Origin: an uncultured Ruficoccus sp.
GTDB taxonomy: Bacteria > Verrucomicrobiota > Verrucomicrobiia > Opitutales > Cerasicoccaceae
Length of the DNA: 64,000 nt
Direction of reading: 5' to 3'
Assembly: GCA_965140785.1 (NCBI GenBank)
Contig: OZ223518.1
Coordinates: 64,001 to 128,000 of the forward strand
A program made the translations under genes and the position numbers. Below are positions 29,905 through 39,136 of the stretch, piece after piece (the first letter of the stretch is position 1; every line of letters begins with the position of its first letter). Under the pieces are notes generated by a model. That model had not been told where the DNA came from and searched no databases. It saw only the letters and a list, made by a program, of their open reading frames with translations.

Positions 29905-30520
29905 ATACCTCGGTCTGAGGTGAGGGCGGTTGCTCCAGCAGGTCCTCGATGGGCTGGCCGTCCACAATGAGCGCTTCCAGGGCGGCGGTGCCGTCGAGGA
30001 TTTTTACCCGGGCGTAATTGTCGTCGGACCAGTTGTCGCCGTTGCGCCGGTTTTCGCGGATGGCTTCGCGGTAGCGGCGTTCGGCCTCGGGGGCGGCCTC
30101 TTCGTTCATAAAATACCGGTCGAAGGGCAGGTCAAGCCGGGCGACTTTGTGATCGTAGATCCGGCACGGCAGCCGGAGGTACGGGCCGGCAGCGGGTTTT
30201 TCGGTGGAAATCGCCTTCACCGTGGCGAAGCCGTCGGCGTCTGGCTCGAACTGTACGTAGAGCGGCTGGCGGCTTCGGGTGGGCTGGTGATTGAAGGCGT
30301 CTCCCTCGACGGGCAGCGGAGTCGGCAGTCGGCTGAGCTCGAAGTTCAGCCACACATAGCGCCCGCGAAAGGGATCGTACGGATCGCGGATGCCGGTGCG
30401 GAATTTCAGGGAGACGCCGTGCGTGAGCGCCGCCTCGTGGCGGGCGATCATGCCCGCCGGGACCGCCAGTTGAGCGGCGGCCACGGCGAGCAGCAGGATG
30501 AGCGGGAGGAACTTTTTCAT
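29903..30520 (-). CDS. GDYXXLXY domain-containing membrane-anchored protein
   Basis: DPYDPFRGRYVWLNF, DRYFMNE; follows the DUF2157 gene. Confidence 0.8.
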   Translation of the reverse strand: MKKFLPLILLLAVAAAQLAVPAGMIARHEAALTHGVSLKFRTGIRDPYDPFRGRYVWLNFELSRLPTPLPVEGDAFNHQPTRSRQPLYVQFEPDADGFATVKAISTEKPAAGPYLRLPCRIYDHKVARLDLPFDRYFMNEEAAPEAERRYREAIRENRRNGDNWSDDNYARVKILDGTAALEALIVDGQPIEDLLEQPPSPQTEV

Positions 30521-31830
30521 GAGGCAGAGTGGGGTTGGTTTTTAAAGAGACGGGCACTGATGATGTTGACCGCGATGAAGAGGCCGCCCACCAGAATGAA
30601 GCCGGTCCCCTTGGCCACGAGGCCGAAGGAGCTGTCAAAGAACCGGAACACCGCCAACGCCCCCAGCAGGAGCAGCCCAAGGTTGAGCACGAGCAGTCGC
30701 TGCCGTCGCACGCCTTCGGCGATGGTCAGGGCGCCCACGGCCAGTGTGTACAGGGTGAGAGCGATCTCCGGCCCCTGGGCTCGGGCGCCAAAGGGGGCGC
30801 TGAGTGCTGGGAGGAGAGCGTACAGGGTCAGCACGGCCAGGGGTAGTGCTCCGATTCCCAGCAGCCAGTAGTGCTTTTTCGCTACGCACCGGAGGACGCC
30901 GGCCAGCCAGGCGAGGCTCGCCACCGCGAGCACCGCGCAGCGGAGGCTATCGGTGGGCAGCGCTTCCTGGGCCCAGTGGCTGTCGAAGGAAAAAATGAGC
31001 ATATAGACGGCCAGCAAGAGAGCGCCTACCAGCGCGAAGGGGCGTTCGGCCAGCCGGGCGTCTTTGCGCTGGTCGAGCAGGAACCCGGCGGCGAAATACG
31101 TGGTGAAAAGCAGTGGCCAGCCGGCATGGACTGTGTTGTCGGTCCAGAACCACAGCGCCAGCGGGGCGGAGAGAGCCAGCGCCCACTTATTCATCCCGGA
31201 CTGGACAGGGTGGTCCGGGTGGTGGCGAATCCAGAAATAATAGGGCAAGAGCGCGGCGAAGAGCGCCGGGATCCAGGTAAGGGCGGGCAGGTGGTTGTCC
31301 ATCGCATAGCCGCCCCAGCACAGCAGCCCGATCTGGCACAGCCAGAAGCCCAGCCCCGACCGCAGCAGGTAAACCGCCGGCAGGGCCAGCGCGAACCACG
31401 TCAGCATGAACTGCGCGAAGTCGCCCCCGATCTGGTAGGTCTGGGCGATCAGTCCGATTGCCGCCCCGATGGCCAGAATGAGCCCGCCGCAGACGCTTTC
31501 TCGCACGGCGGCGGAGTCTTTCCAGCGCCACAGGGTCAGCGCAGCCAGCGTCTGCATCACGACCAGTGGAAGCAGGGCCAGGGCCGCGCGGACGGGGCGG
31601 TCGAGGTTGTCCCAGTTGTAGGCGAACAGCGAGATCACCCCGGCGCCGATCAGGCACGCGCCGAAGGCGGATACGAGGATGACGCCGAGCTGGCGAGCCC
31701 GGCTGGGCGAGCTTGCGTAGCGGGCGCGAAGTTTATCGGCGGCGCCGGGCGTGAGAAGGCCCTCTTGTTCCCAGGCGGGGAGCTCCTGATCCAGCCAGCG
31801 TAGAGTGTGTGAGTGGGGGATGATAGGCAT
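30517..31830 (-). CDS. DUF2157 membrane protein
   Basis: W...GLLT...L..RY, GVISLFAYNW, IAQTYQI; many TM helices. Confidence 0.85.
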   Translation of the reverse strand: MPIIPHSHTLRWLDQELPAWEQEGLLTPGAADKLRARYASSPSRARQLGVILVSAFGACLIGAGVISLFAYNWDNLDRPVRAALALLPLVVMQTLAALTLWRWKDSAAVRESVCGGLILAIGAAIGLIAQTYQIGGDFAQFMLTWFALALPAVYLLRSGLGFWLCQIGLLCWGGYAMDNHLPALTWIPALFAALLPYYFWIRHHPDHPVQSGMNKWALALSAPLALWFWTDNTVHAGWPLLFTTYFAAGFLLDQRKDARLAERPFALVGALLLAVYMLIFSFDSHWAQEALPTDSLRCAVLAVASLAWLAGVLRCVAKKHYWLLGIGALPLAVLTLYALLPALSAPFGARAQGPEIALTLYTLAVGALTIAEGVRRQRLLVLNLGLLLLGALAVFRFFDSSFGLVAKGTGFILVGGLFIAVNIISARLFKNQPHSAS

Positions 31831-32075
31831 CGGGGGTGCGGACTTTAGATTCACATCCTTCTTATAGAAAGCGTCGTGCCAATGTTATGCGGATTGTTTT
31901 TAGTGTGTTGATTGTGAGTGGCTTGTGTTTTTTTTGGTATAGAGATGAGCTTCTTGGACGTTTTTGATCAGACATAAAATGTCTGATAGATGGCTTTATT
32001 TGAACAGAATGAATGCTTTTACTGGTGATTTTATTTCACTTGACGGAATATGCAGATGGTGGAATGTATAGAGGC

Positions 32076-32441
32076 ATGGGAGTTATTCAGGTCTATAAAT
32101 GCCTTTGCGATGAGCAGCGGCTGCGGATCCTCAACTTACTGCGGGAGGGGCCGCTCTGCGTATGCCACCTGATGGAGATTCTGAAGGCCGACCAGGTGAA
32201 GATTTCCAAGCAACTGCGCTACATGAAACAGCTGGGCATGGTGGATGCCGAGCGCAAGGCGCAGTGGATGGTTTACCGGCTGGCCGACGGGGGAAACCCG
32301 CTGCTCGAAGAAAACCTCAAATGCCTGCAGGACTGCGCGGGCGAGTCGCTCGCCTTTTCCGAGGACCTGAAAAAGCGCGGGCAGATTGTTTCCCGGGCCC
32401 GCCGTGAACATGACGCCTGCGCGAGCGCGCTGAAGGCTTAA
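32076..32441 (+). CDS. arsR: ArsR/SmtB family regulator
   Basis: RLRILNLL, CVCHL, ISKQL, WMVYRL. Confidence 0.88.
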   Translation: MGVIQVYKCLCDEQRLRILNLLREGPLCVCHLMEILKADQVKISKQLRYMKQLGMVDAERKAQWMVYRLADGGNPLLEENLKCLQDCAGESLAFSEDLKKRGQIVSRARREHDACASALKA

Positions 32442-32460
32442 CTTTTACTTGTAACGAAAA

Positions 32461-32637
32461 ATGAATACACCTCAGACCGAAAAGAAAAACTGCTGCGAAC
32501 CCGAGAAAAAGCCGGGGCTGTTTAAACGTCTGGTCGAAAAGCTCGACCGGAGCATGAAAGCCAAGGCTGATGAAAAGGCCGCTTCGGGCTGTTGCTGTGG
32601 TGACGGCTCGGACGACAAGGGCGGCAAATGTTGCTGA
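32461..32637 (+). CDS. 58-aa Cys-rich small protein
   Basis: [58 protein letters not shown]; overlaps the permease start; below the ORF-track cutoff. Confidence 0.8.
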   Translation: MNTPQTEKKNCCEPEKKPGLFKRLVEKLDRSMKAKADEKAASGCCCGDGSDDKGGKCC

Positions 32638-33581
32638 GCCTGATCGACCGGCTGGTTTACGGGTGGATGGGCTTCGGCGCGGACTCGCGCCTGGGCGGGG
32701 CTATCCATTTCTTTCTCTACGACACGCTAAAAATCTTCCTGCTGCTGGCGGTGATGATTTTTATCATCGGGGTCATCCGCTCGTACCTGCCGCAGGAGCG
32801 CCTGAAGCGCTGGATGAGCGGCGGCGGCCTTGGGGGCAACTTCGTGGCGGCGCTTTTCGGGGCGGTGACGCCGTTTTGCTCGTGCTCGTCGATCCCGATC
32901 TTTATCAGTCTGTTGCGGGCGGGGGTACCGCTGGGGGTGACGTTTTCTTTTCTCATCACCTCGCCCATTATCAACGAGTACCTCGTCATCCTGATGGCGG
33001 GCGAGTTTGGCGTGCCGATCACGGCGGCCTATGTGGCCAGCGGACTGGCCATCGGTACGGTGGCCGGGGCGATTATCGGACGGCTGCGGCTCGACGACCA
33101 GCTCGAGCGCGACATCACGGGTGCGGCCGAGGCCGGGCGGACGGAGAGCTTTGAGAACTTCGGGGCGCGGCTGCGCTACGGTTGGCACGAGGCGGCGGGC
33201 GTCATCCGCCAGATCTGGCTCTGGGTCCTGGTCGGGGTGGCGATTGGGGCCTTCATTCACAACTACGTGCCGCAGGAGGTGATCCAGCGCGCTCTCTCGG
33301 CGACGGGGATTTTCTCCGTGCCCCTGGCGACGCTGCTCGGGGTGCCGATGTATGGCAGCTGCGCGGCCATTGTACCGGTGGCGGTAGTCTTGTTCGAGAA
33401 AGGCATCCCACTGGGCACGGCGCTGGCCTTTATGATGGCGATGGCGGCCCTGAGCCTGCCGGAGGCGATCATGTTGCGCCGGGTGATGCGCCTGCCGCTG
33501 ATCGCGGCCTTTTTTGCCATTACCACGGCGGCCATCATCCTGACCGGCTACCTGCTCAACGCCCTGGCGGCTTATCTTTAA
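32628..33581 (+). CDS. ArsP/DUF318 family permease
   Basis: [35 protein letters not shown]. Confidence 0.9.
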   Translation: MLLSLIDRLVYGWMGFGADSRLGGAIHFFLYDTLKIFLLLAVMIFIIGVIRSYLPQERLKRWMSGGGLGGNFVAALFGAVTPFCSCSSIPIFISLLRAGVPLGVTFSFLITSPIINEYLVILMAGEFGVPITAAYVASGLAIGTVAGAIIGRLRLDDQLERDITGAAEAGRTESFENFGARLRYGWHEAAGVIRQIWLWVLVGVAIGAFIHNYVPQEVIQRALSATGIFSVPLATLLGVPMYGSCAAIVPVAVVLFEKGIPLGTALAFMMAMAALSLPEAIMLRRVMRLPLIAAFFAITTAAIILTGYLLNALAAYL

Positions 33582-33626
33582 CCGCTATGGCACTTCCTTC
33601 CCGCTTTTCCAGTTAATCCCTTTTAT

Positions 33627-33834
33627 CTAGTGTATCGTTAGCTATGTTCTTGCTATAAAGATTGGGGACTCTGCGCCCCCAACCCCGCAGCAGGCAAAGC
33701 CTGCACTTTCGATGCTGCCGCATCGCGTCTGTGATTGCTGCTCTCAGCGACGCTGAGAGCAGCAATCACAGAGGAACATCGAAACTGACTTGCACCCAAA
33801 ACTTTTGCCAAGAACTAGGCTAACATAACACTCG
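33627..33834. mobile_element. MITE-like element with imperfect TIRs and an internal 22-bp perfect palindrome
   Basis: TIRs 33629-33652 and 33809-33832 (18/24 match); palindrome at 33728-33772. Confidence 0.6.
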
Positions 33835-33840
33835 TTTATC

Positions 33841-34299
33841 ATGGAACCGATCCTCCCCCTCATCAGCTCGGGCACGGAAGGCCCGCTCGGACTCAAACAC
33901 CTGCCGCGGCTGTGGCTGAAGACGCTCCTGAGCGCCCACGGACGCCTGCCCGCCGGGTACAAAGACATCCGGCCCGGCTTCGACTTCATGGTGCTGGAGG
34001 GGCTGGGGGTGGACCCCGACGAGGCCCGCGACTACATTTTTAGGGAAAAGCCCGGCTACCTGGCCTTTGAGGGGTGGATACGCGCCCGGCCCGGGGCGGA
34101 CACGAGCCCGGAGAACATCGCCCGGATTAACCGGCTGGTGGTGGAGCGCCAGAAGTCCCCTGCCTCCCGCGCCCAGCTGCTGGCTGAAAACGGCCTGCCC
34201 TCCGACAGCCCGATCGGCGACTCCATTATGCTCAACAATCTCGACGATTGGCGGAGCCTGTACGCAAGCCTGTCAGGCGGCGGTTTTCAAGGGGATTAA
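33841..34299 (+). CDS. DUF5069-like protein
   Basis: PLISSGTEGPLGLKHLPRLWLK, GFD..VL..LG, NNLDDW. Confidence 0.7.
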   Translation: MEPILPLISSGTEGPLGLKHLPRLWLKTLLSAHGRLPAGYKDIRPGFDFMVLEGLGVDPDEARDYIFREKPGYLAFEGWIRARPGADTSPENIARINRLVVERQKSPASRAQLLAENGLPSDSPIGDSIMLNNLDDWRSLYASLSGGGFQGD

Positions 34300-34535
34300 C
34301 CGCAAAGGCGCAAAGACGCAAAGGTGAGAGAACGAGGGCTACGACTCAACTTAAGGCGTTCTAGCCACGGATGAGCACGAATGAAACGCGGAATATCGTT
34401 TTCCGAATGAAATCAGCCGTGTTTATCCGTGAAATCTGTGGTTAAAAAAACTCTGCCCGGATGCGCGCGAGCACCGCACCTGACCCAATGCTCCGCTATG
34501 TGCTTTCTTTTCGCTCTTCCCGGTCTTCCTGTTAA
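34298..34535. repeat. Cluster of three short-period repeat families
   Basis: cgcaaagg cgcaaaga cgcaaagg; ccacggatgagcacgaat versus atccgtgaaatctgtggtt; ctcttcccggtcttcctgttaaa. Confidence 0.7.
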
Positions 34536-34660
34536 ATATTCTTTCCGACCGCGGGGTCCGATATGCCGGGCGAGCAGCCCGGCATTGCCAGCAGTGGCAG
34601 AACCTGTTCTTTTTACTCAAAAGTTGGGAGAAAAAGTTTGTTATTTTGTGATATATTACT

Positions 34661-35851
34661 ATGTCTGAGAAGAAACAGGTTCGGACAGTGGATATTCAGG
34701 GAGAATACGGGACCGTGACGGTGTCGGAGCGGGTGCTGCAAAAAATCTGGCAGCGCGGGGATTTTCGGCAGGAGCGGATGCGCACGGTGGAGGGGCAGAG
34801 CCTGGCCATCCGCCGGCGGGGGCGCTGGAACGACTTTGAGGGGCCGGATTTCCGGGAGGCGGAGCTGATGCTCGACGGGCGCGTGCTGACCGGGGACGTG
34901 GAGGTGCATTTTTACCCGCAGGACTGGTTCCTGCATGGCCATGACCGTGACCCGCATTTTGACCGGGTGGCTTTGCACGTGTGCCTGTTTCCGGCGCTGC
35001 GATCAGGCAAGCCGGCGGTGACGGCGGGCGGACACTGGCCGCCGACGCTGGTCCTGCTGGACCGCCTGGAGCAGGACCTGGAGAGTTACGCCTCGGACGA
35101 GGCCCTTCTGGCGCTGGAGCAGACCGAGCAACTGGCCGCGCTGGAGGTGGTCATGCAGGAGAGCCTGGAAAATCGGCTGACGGACCTTCGTGAGCGGGCG
35201 GGACGGCGCTGGCGGCAGAAAGCGGCCTTCGCTCGGCGGCGGCTGGGCGAAATGGAGTGGGAGCAAGCCTGCCACCAGACCGCGCTGGAAGTGCTCGGCT
35301 ACCGCCGCAACCGCGCCCCGATGGCGGAATTGGGGGAGCGGTATCCGTTGGCCCAGATGCGCGGTACGCCGGCGGTGGCCCTTTATGAAGAAATGGCCGG
35401 ACAGTGGGCATTGAGCGGGCTGCGTCCGCCCAACCACCCCCGCCGCCGTCTGGAGCAGTACCTGAGCCTGCTGGAGAAGCGGCCCGACTGGCCGCGGCGG
35501 CTGATTGCGTGGGGGCTGGAGAAAAACTTGCGGGTGGAGGCGGAGGCGCCGGGCGCGCAGGAACGCCGTCGGGGGCTGAGCGCGGCCCGTAAGGCGCTCG
35601 GGGCGGACGTGTTGGCCGGGACGGTGGGCGGCAGCCGCTTCGACACGCTGGTGGTGGACGCGCTGTTGCCGTTGCTGGCGGTCAAGACCGGGGCGGAGCT
35701 GTTCGGGGCGTGGTTTCACTGGTGGGCGGGAGACATGCCCGACACGCTGACGCGCTTCCTCAGGCAGGCGGAAATCACCGGCCCGGCGCGTCCGGCGGCC
35801 AACGGCTGGTCCCAAGGGGGCTGGCAGTTGCTTTTGGAAAGCGGCTTGTAA
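34661..35851 (+). CDS. DUF2851 family protein
   Basis: E..LQKIW, GRWNDFEGPDF, GDVEVH, WFLHGH..DPHFDRVALHV. Confidence 0.85.
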   Translation: MSEKKQVRTVDIQGEYGTVTVSERVLQKIWQRGDFRQERMRTVEGQSLAIRRRGRWNDFEGPDFREAELMLDGRVLTGDVEVHFYPQDWFLHGHDRDPHFDRVALHVCLFPALRSGKPAVTAGGHWPPTLVLLDRLEQDLESYASDEALLALEQTEQLAALEVVMQESLENRLTDLRERAGRRWRQKAAFARRRLGEMEWEQACHQTALEVLGYRRNRAPMAELGERYPLAQMRGTPAVALYEEMAGQWALSGLRPPNHPRRRLEQYLSLLEKRPDWPRRLIAWGLEKNLRVEAEAPGAQERRRGLSAARKALGADVLAGTVGGSRFDTLVVDALLPLLAVKTGAELFGAWFHWWAGDMPDTLTRFLRQAEITGPARPAANGWSQGGWQLLLESGL

Positions 35852-35884
35852 TCGCGGGGTTTTGGGGAAACATTACCCTTACCC

Positions 35885-38800
35885 ATGAAACTGCTTAAAT
35901 GGTTCCTTATTCTCTTTGCCGTCGGCCTCCTCATCGTGGTGGCAGGCGTTCTTTACGTTCTCAACAGCCCGGGCCTGCAAAAGTCGATCGTCCAGGGGGC
36001 GCTCGAAAAAAAGGTCGCGGTGCCCGAATTCGAGTATTTCAAGGCCGGGCTGAGCGAGGTGCAGATCAAGTCGCTGGCCATCGAAAAGGACGGCATGGTC
36101 GTCGGGCTGGACTCGCTTACGCTCAAGTATTCGTTCTGGGACTACGTCTTCGGCAAGGAAGTGCGGGTGGAGAATCTCGACGTGGAGGGCGTGGTGATCA
36201 ATCTGCGCGGCCCGTCGGTGCCGATGGGACCGGGGCCGGTCATCCCGCAGAAAAGCAGTCCGAGCGAGGTTTCGCCGGGAACGGTGGCCCAGAAGCAAAA
36301 AGAGGCCCAGGCCAAAGAAAAAGAGGCCCAGGCCAAAGAAAAAGAGGACGAGCACGAGACGCCGGAGATGGAGCCCTTCGAGGGGATCTTTGCGCACGGG
36401 GTGCTGCCGTTTAAGCTGTATGTGGGCGAGGTTAACGTGAAGGCGCAGGTCCTGCTGCCCGACCAGCGCGAGGTCAACGCCACGATCAGCGGCGGGGGCA
36501 TCGAGCCCGGCGCCAGCGGCGAGATGACCTTTACCGTGACTTTCGACGACGAGATGCCGCAGGCGCAGCTCCAGCGCGCGCAGGTGGACGGGAAACTGAC
36601 CCTGACGCAGAACGAAGAGGCCGCCATCACCCGCATCCTGCTCAAGGTAGATGTCGAGGGCGACAGCTCGGCGGTGGAAAACGCGCCCAAGCTGACCCTG
36701 ACCGCCGATCTGGCCCAGCAGGCGGACAAGACCGAGACCTATCTGGTGACGATGGCCGAGGCCGACCAACCCGACGCGAAGCTGGTCAACCTCGACGCGA
36801 CTTTTGATCCGGGCAAGGACCACCTTAAAGGGACACTCGTCCTGACCGCGACCGACGCGCAGGTGGCCGCGGTGGCTCCGCAGGACAAGCTCCCGGCCTT
36901 CGACCTGGACGGTGACGTGGACTTCGATGTGATTACGACCAGCGGTGAGGGCACCGTGGTGGCCAAGCTCAAGCTCGTGCTCGACCAGCTCACGCGGGTG
37001 CGCGAGGAGCTTTCCGGGCTCGGCCAGGTCACCCTGACGGCCAATCTGGAGACCGACAGCGCCGACGAGGTTATCACCCTCAAACGGGCCGACGCGGGGC
37101 TGGCCAGTGCCAACCAGGGCCAACTTCTGGTGCTCGAGATGCTGAAGCAGTTTTCTTTCAAGTGCGGCGAGGACGCCGACATGCCCGCACTGACCGGCGA
37201 TCTCGTCCGTCTGAGCCTCAACGCCCTGCCGCTGTCCCTGGTGGACCCGTGGCTGCCGGGGATCAAGCTCAGCGGCCAACCGGTTTCTGCCCAGGTGCTG
37301 GTCAGCGGCGAGTCCGGGGGCGTTTACCGGATCACCCTGCCCAAAGGCCTGAATCTTTCCGACCTCTCGGTGGTCAAGGACGGCGAGCCCATGCTCGACG
37401 CGCTCAGCATCGCCGCCCAGCCGACGATCGTTTACCGCTCCGACGAGGTGACGGTCGATCTTCCCGGTCTGAAGCTCTCGCAGCGCGGGGTGCCGCTGGC
37501 CCAGGGGCAGGCGCACATCGTGGCCGACCCTTCCGGCAAGGAGCCCGAGGCCACGGTCAAGGCCGAGCTTTCCGGCGATCTGGCGCAGGTGCTCAAGCAG
37601 CCGGCGCTGGCACGTTTTAACAATGTCGCCGCCGGGTCGTTCCAGGCCTCGGCCGACGTGGACTACGAGGACGGCGAGGGCGAGTTCACCCTCAAGGCGG
37701 CGCTGAGCAACCTGCTCGTGCGTCAGCCGATGAAGCAGGTCAGCCAGATGACGCTGGAGGCGACCGGCACGCTGTCCAAGCCGAATACCCTGGAGGTGTC
37801 GGCCCCGCTGGTGATCAAGACCTCCGAGGGCAACTCGGACCTCTCGCTCAAGGCGAAGCTGACCAAGCCCGCCGACGTGCAGCAGTTTGACGTCACGGTG
37901 ACTGGCGATCAGCTCGACCTCGACGGGGTGCAGTTGCTGGCGGCGGCTTTTAAAAATCCCTCGGCCACGCCTCCCGCGCCTGCGCAGACGGGCGCTCCTT
38001 CGACCCGGCCAGCACCGGCAGGCTCGCCCTCCAGACCGGCTCCGACGACCGGGCCGCGTCCGGCTCCCGCAGGCCCGCAGGCCGACACGGTGCCGTTCTG
38101 GAACGGTTTCGCCGGGCAGGCATCGGCGAAAATTGGAAAAATCTACATGAAGCAGTACCGGCTCGACGACTCGACCTTCAAGCTCGTGTTGACGCAGGAC
38201 AAGCTGACCGTCGATCCGCTTGCGGCCACCTTCGCGGGCGCGCCGCTGAAGGCCGACACTGTTATCACCTTCACGCCCGGGGCGAGCCCGTACGACATGA
38301 AGAGCACGCTGAAGTTCTCGCAGTTCGACGTGGGCAAGTTCCTTGTGCAGGAAAAGCCGGGTACGGCTCCGCCGCTGAGCGGGATGTTCGATGTCAGCGG
38401 GACGGCCACCGGCACCGGCCCGACGATGGACGCGCTCATGCAGAAGATTCAGGGCAAGTTCAATCTGGAGGGCAAGAACGGCAGCCTGCGTGTGCTCGCC
38501 GCTGCCGGGCAGGAGGGCTTGGGGAATCTGGCCGGGGTCGGCCTGGGCCTCGCCTCGATGTTCCAGAAGAACCAGCGCACCGGCGTGCAGACCGCCCAGC
38601 GCCTGATCCAGACCTTACAGGAGATCCAGTACGACCGCTTCGCCATCGTGGCCGACCGGGGCCAGAACCTCGATATCAACCTGAGCGAGCTGGCTATGAG
38701 CGGCCCGGAGATTCGCATGAACGGCACCGGCAAGGTCACCTACGCGGCGGGTACCCCGCTGCCGGAGCAGGCCCTCTCCGGGCAGGTGCAGCTCTCCGCT

Positions 38801-39124
38801 AAGGGCGATGCGGCCCGCCTCTTCTCCGACCTGCGGATGCTCTCCTCCAGCACGCCCGACGCGGACGGCTTTTACCCGGCCTTGTCCTTCCCGCTCAAGG
38901 GCACCCTGTCCAAGCCGGACTTCTCCGAGCTCTTGCAGAAGCTCATGAGCGCCGCAGTGGCGACCTATGAGCAGAGCGACGAGGGGCGGATGCAAAAGAC
39001 CGACGGGCAGGGCACCGGCGAGAGCACGGACGGGCAGAGCGATTCCCAGCAGGGCAACAACTCCACCAATAATGCCCAGGACGCCGTTCGCGGCTTGCTC
39101 AATAACCTCCTGAATGGTAACTAG
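35885..39124 (+). CDS. AsmA-like large membrane-anchored protein
   Basis: N-terminal TM helix, long beta-rich body, C-terminal FPLKGTLSKP. Confidence 0.75.
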   Translation: MKLLKWFLILFAVGLLIVVAGVLYVLNSPGLQKSIVQGALEKKVAVPEFEYFKAGLSEVQIKSLAIEKDGMVVGLDSLTLKYSFWDYVFGKEVRVENLDVEGVVINLRGPSVPMGPGPVIPQKSSPSEVSPGTVAQKQKEAQAKEKEAQAKEKEDEHETPEMEPFEGIFAHGVLPFKLYVGEVNVKAQVLLPDQREVNATISGGGIEPGASGEMTFTVTFDDEMPQAQLQRAQVDGKLTLTQNEEAAITRILLKVDVEGDSSAVENAPKLTLTADLAQQADKTETYLVTMAEADQPDAKLVNLDATFDPGKDHLKGTLVLTATDAQVAAVAPQDKLPAFDLDGDVDFDVITTSGEGTVVAKLKLVLDQLTRVREELSGLGQVTLTANLETDSADEVITLKRADAGLASANQGQLLVLEMLKQFSFKCGEDADMPALTGDLVRLSLNALPLSLVDPWLPGIKLSGQPVSAQVLVSGESGGVYRITLPKGLNLSDLSVVKDGEPMLDALSIAAQPTIVYRSDEVTVDLPGLKLSQRGVPLAQGQAHIVADPSGKEPEATVKAELSGDLAQVLKQPALARFNNVAAGSFQASADVDYEDGEGEFTLKAALSNLLVRQPMKQVSQMTLEATGTLSKPNTLEVSAPLVIKTSEGNSDLSLKAKLTKPADVQQFDVTVTGDQLDLDGVQLLAAAFKNPSATPPAPAQTGAPSTRPAPAGSPSRPAPTTGPRPAPAGPQADTVPFWNGFAGQASAKIGKIYMKQYRLDDSTFKLVLTQDKLTVDPLAATFAGAPLKADTVITFTPGASPYDMKSTLKFSQFDVGKFLVQEKPGTAPPLSGMFDVSGTATGTGPTMDALMQKIQGKFNLEGKNGSLRVLAAAGQEGLGNLAGVGLGLASMFQKNQRTGVQTAQRLIQTLQEIQYDRFAIVADRGQNLDINLSELAMSGPEIRMNGTGKVTYAAGTPLPEQALSGQVQLSAKGDAARLFSDLRMLSSSTPDADGFYPALSFPLKGTLSKPDFSELLQKLMSAAVATYEQSDEGRMQKTDGQGTGESTDGQSDSQQGNNSTNNAQDAVRGLLNNLLNGN

Positions 39125-39136
39125 GGAGGCTTTTCC

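Noticed and set aside
36296..36345. 21-bp tandem duplication inside the AsmA-like gene
   Set aside because: In-frame low-complexity linker repeat (KEAQAKE), which is ordinary.
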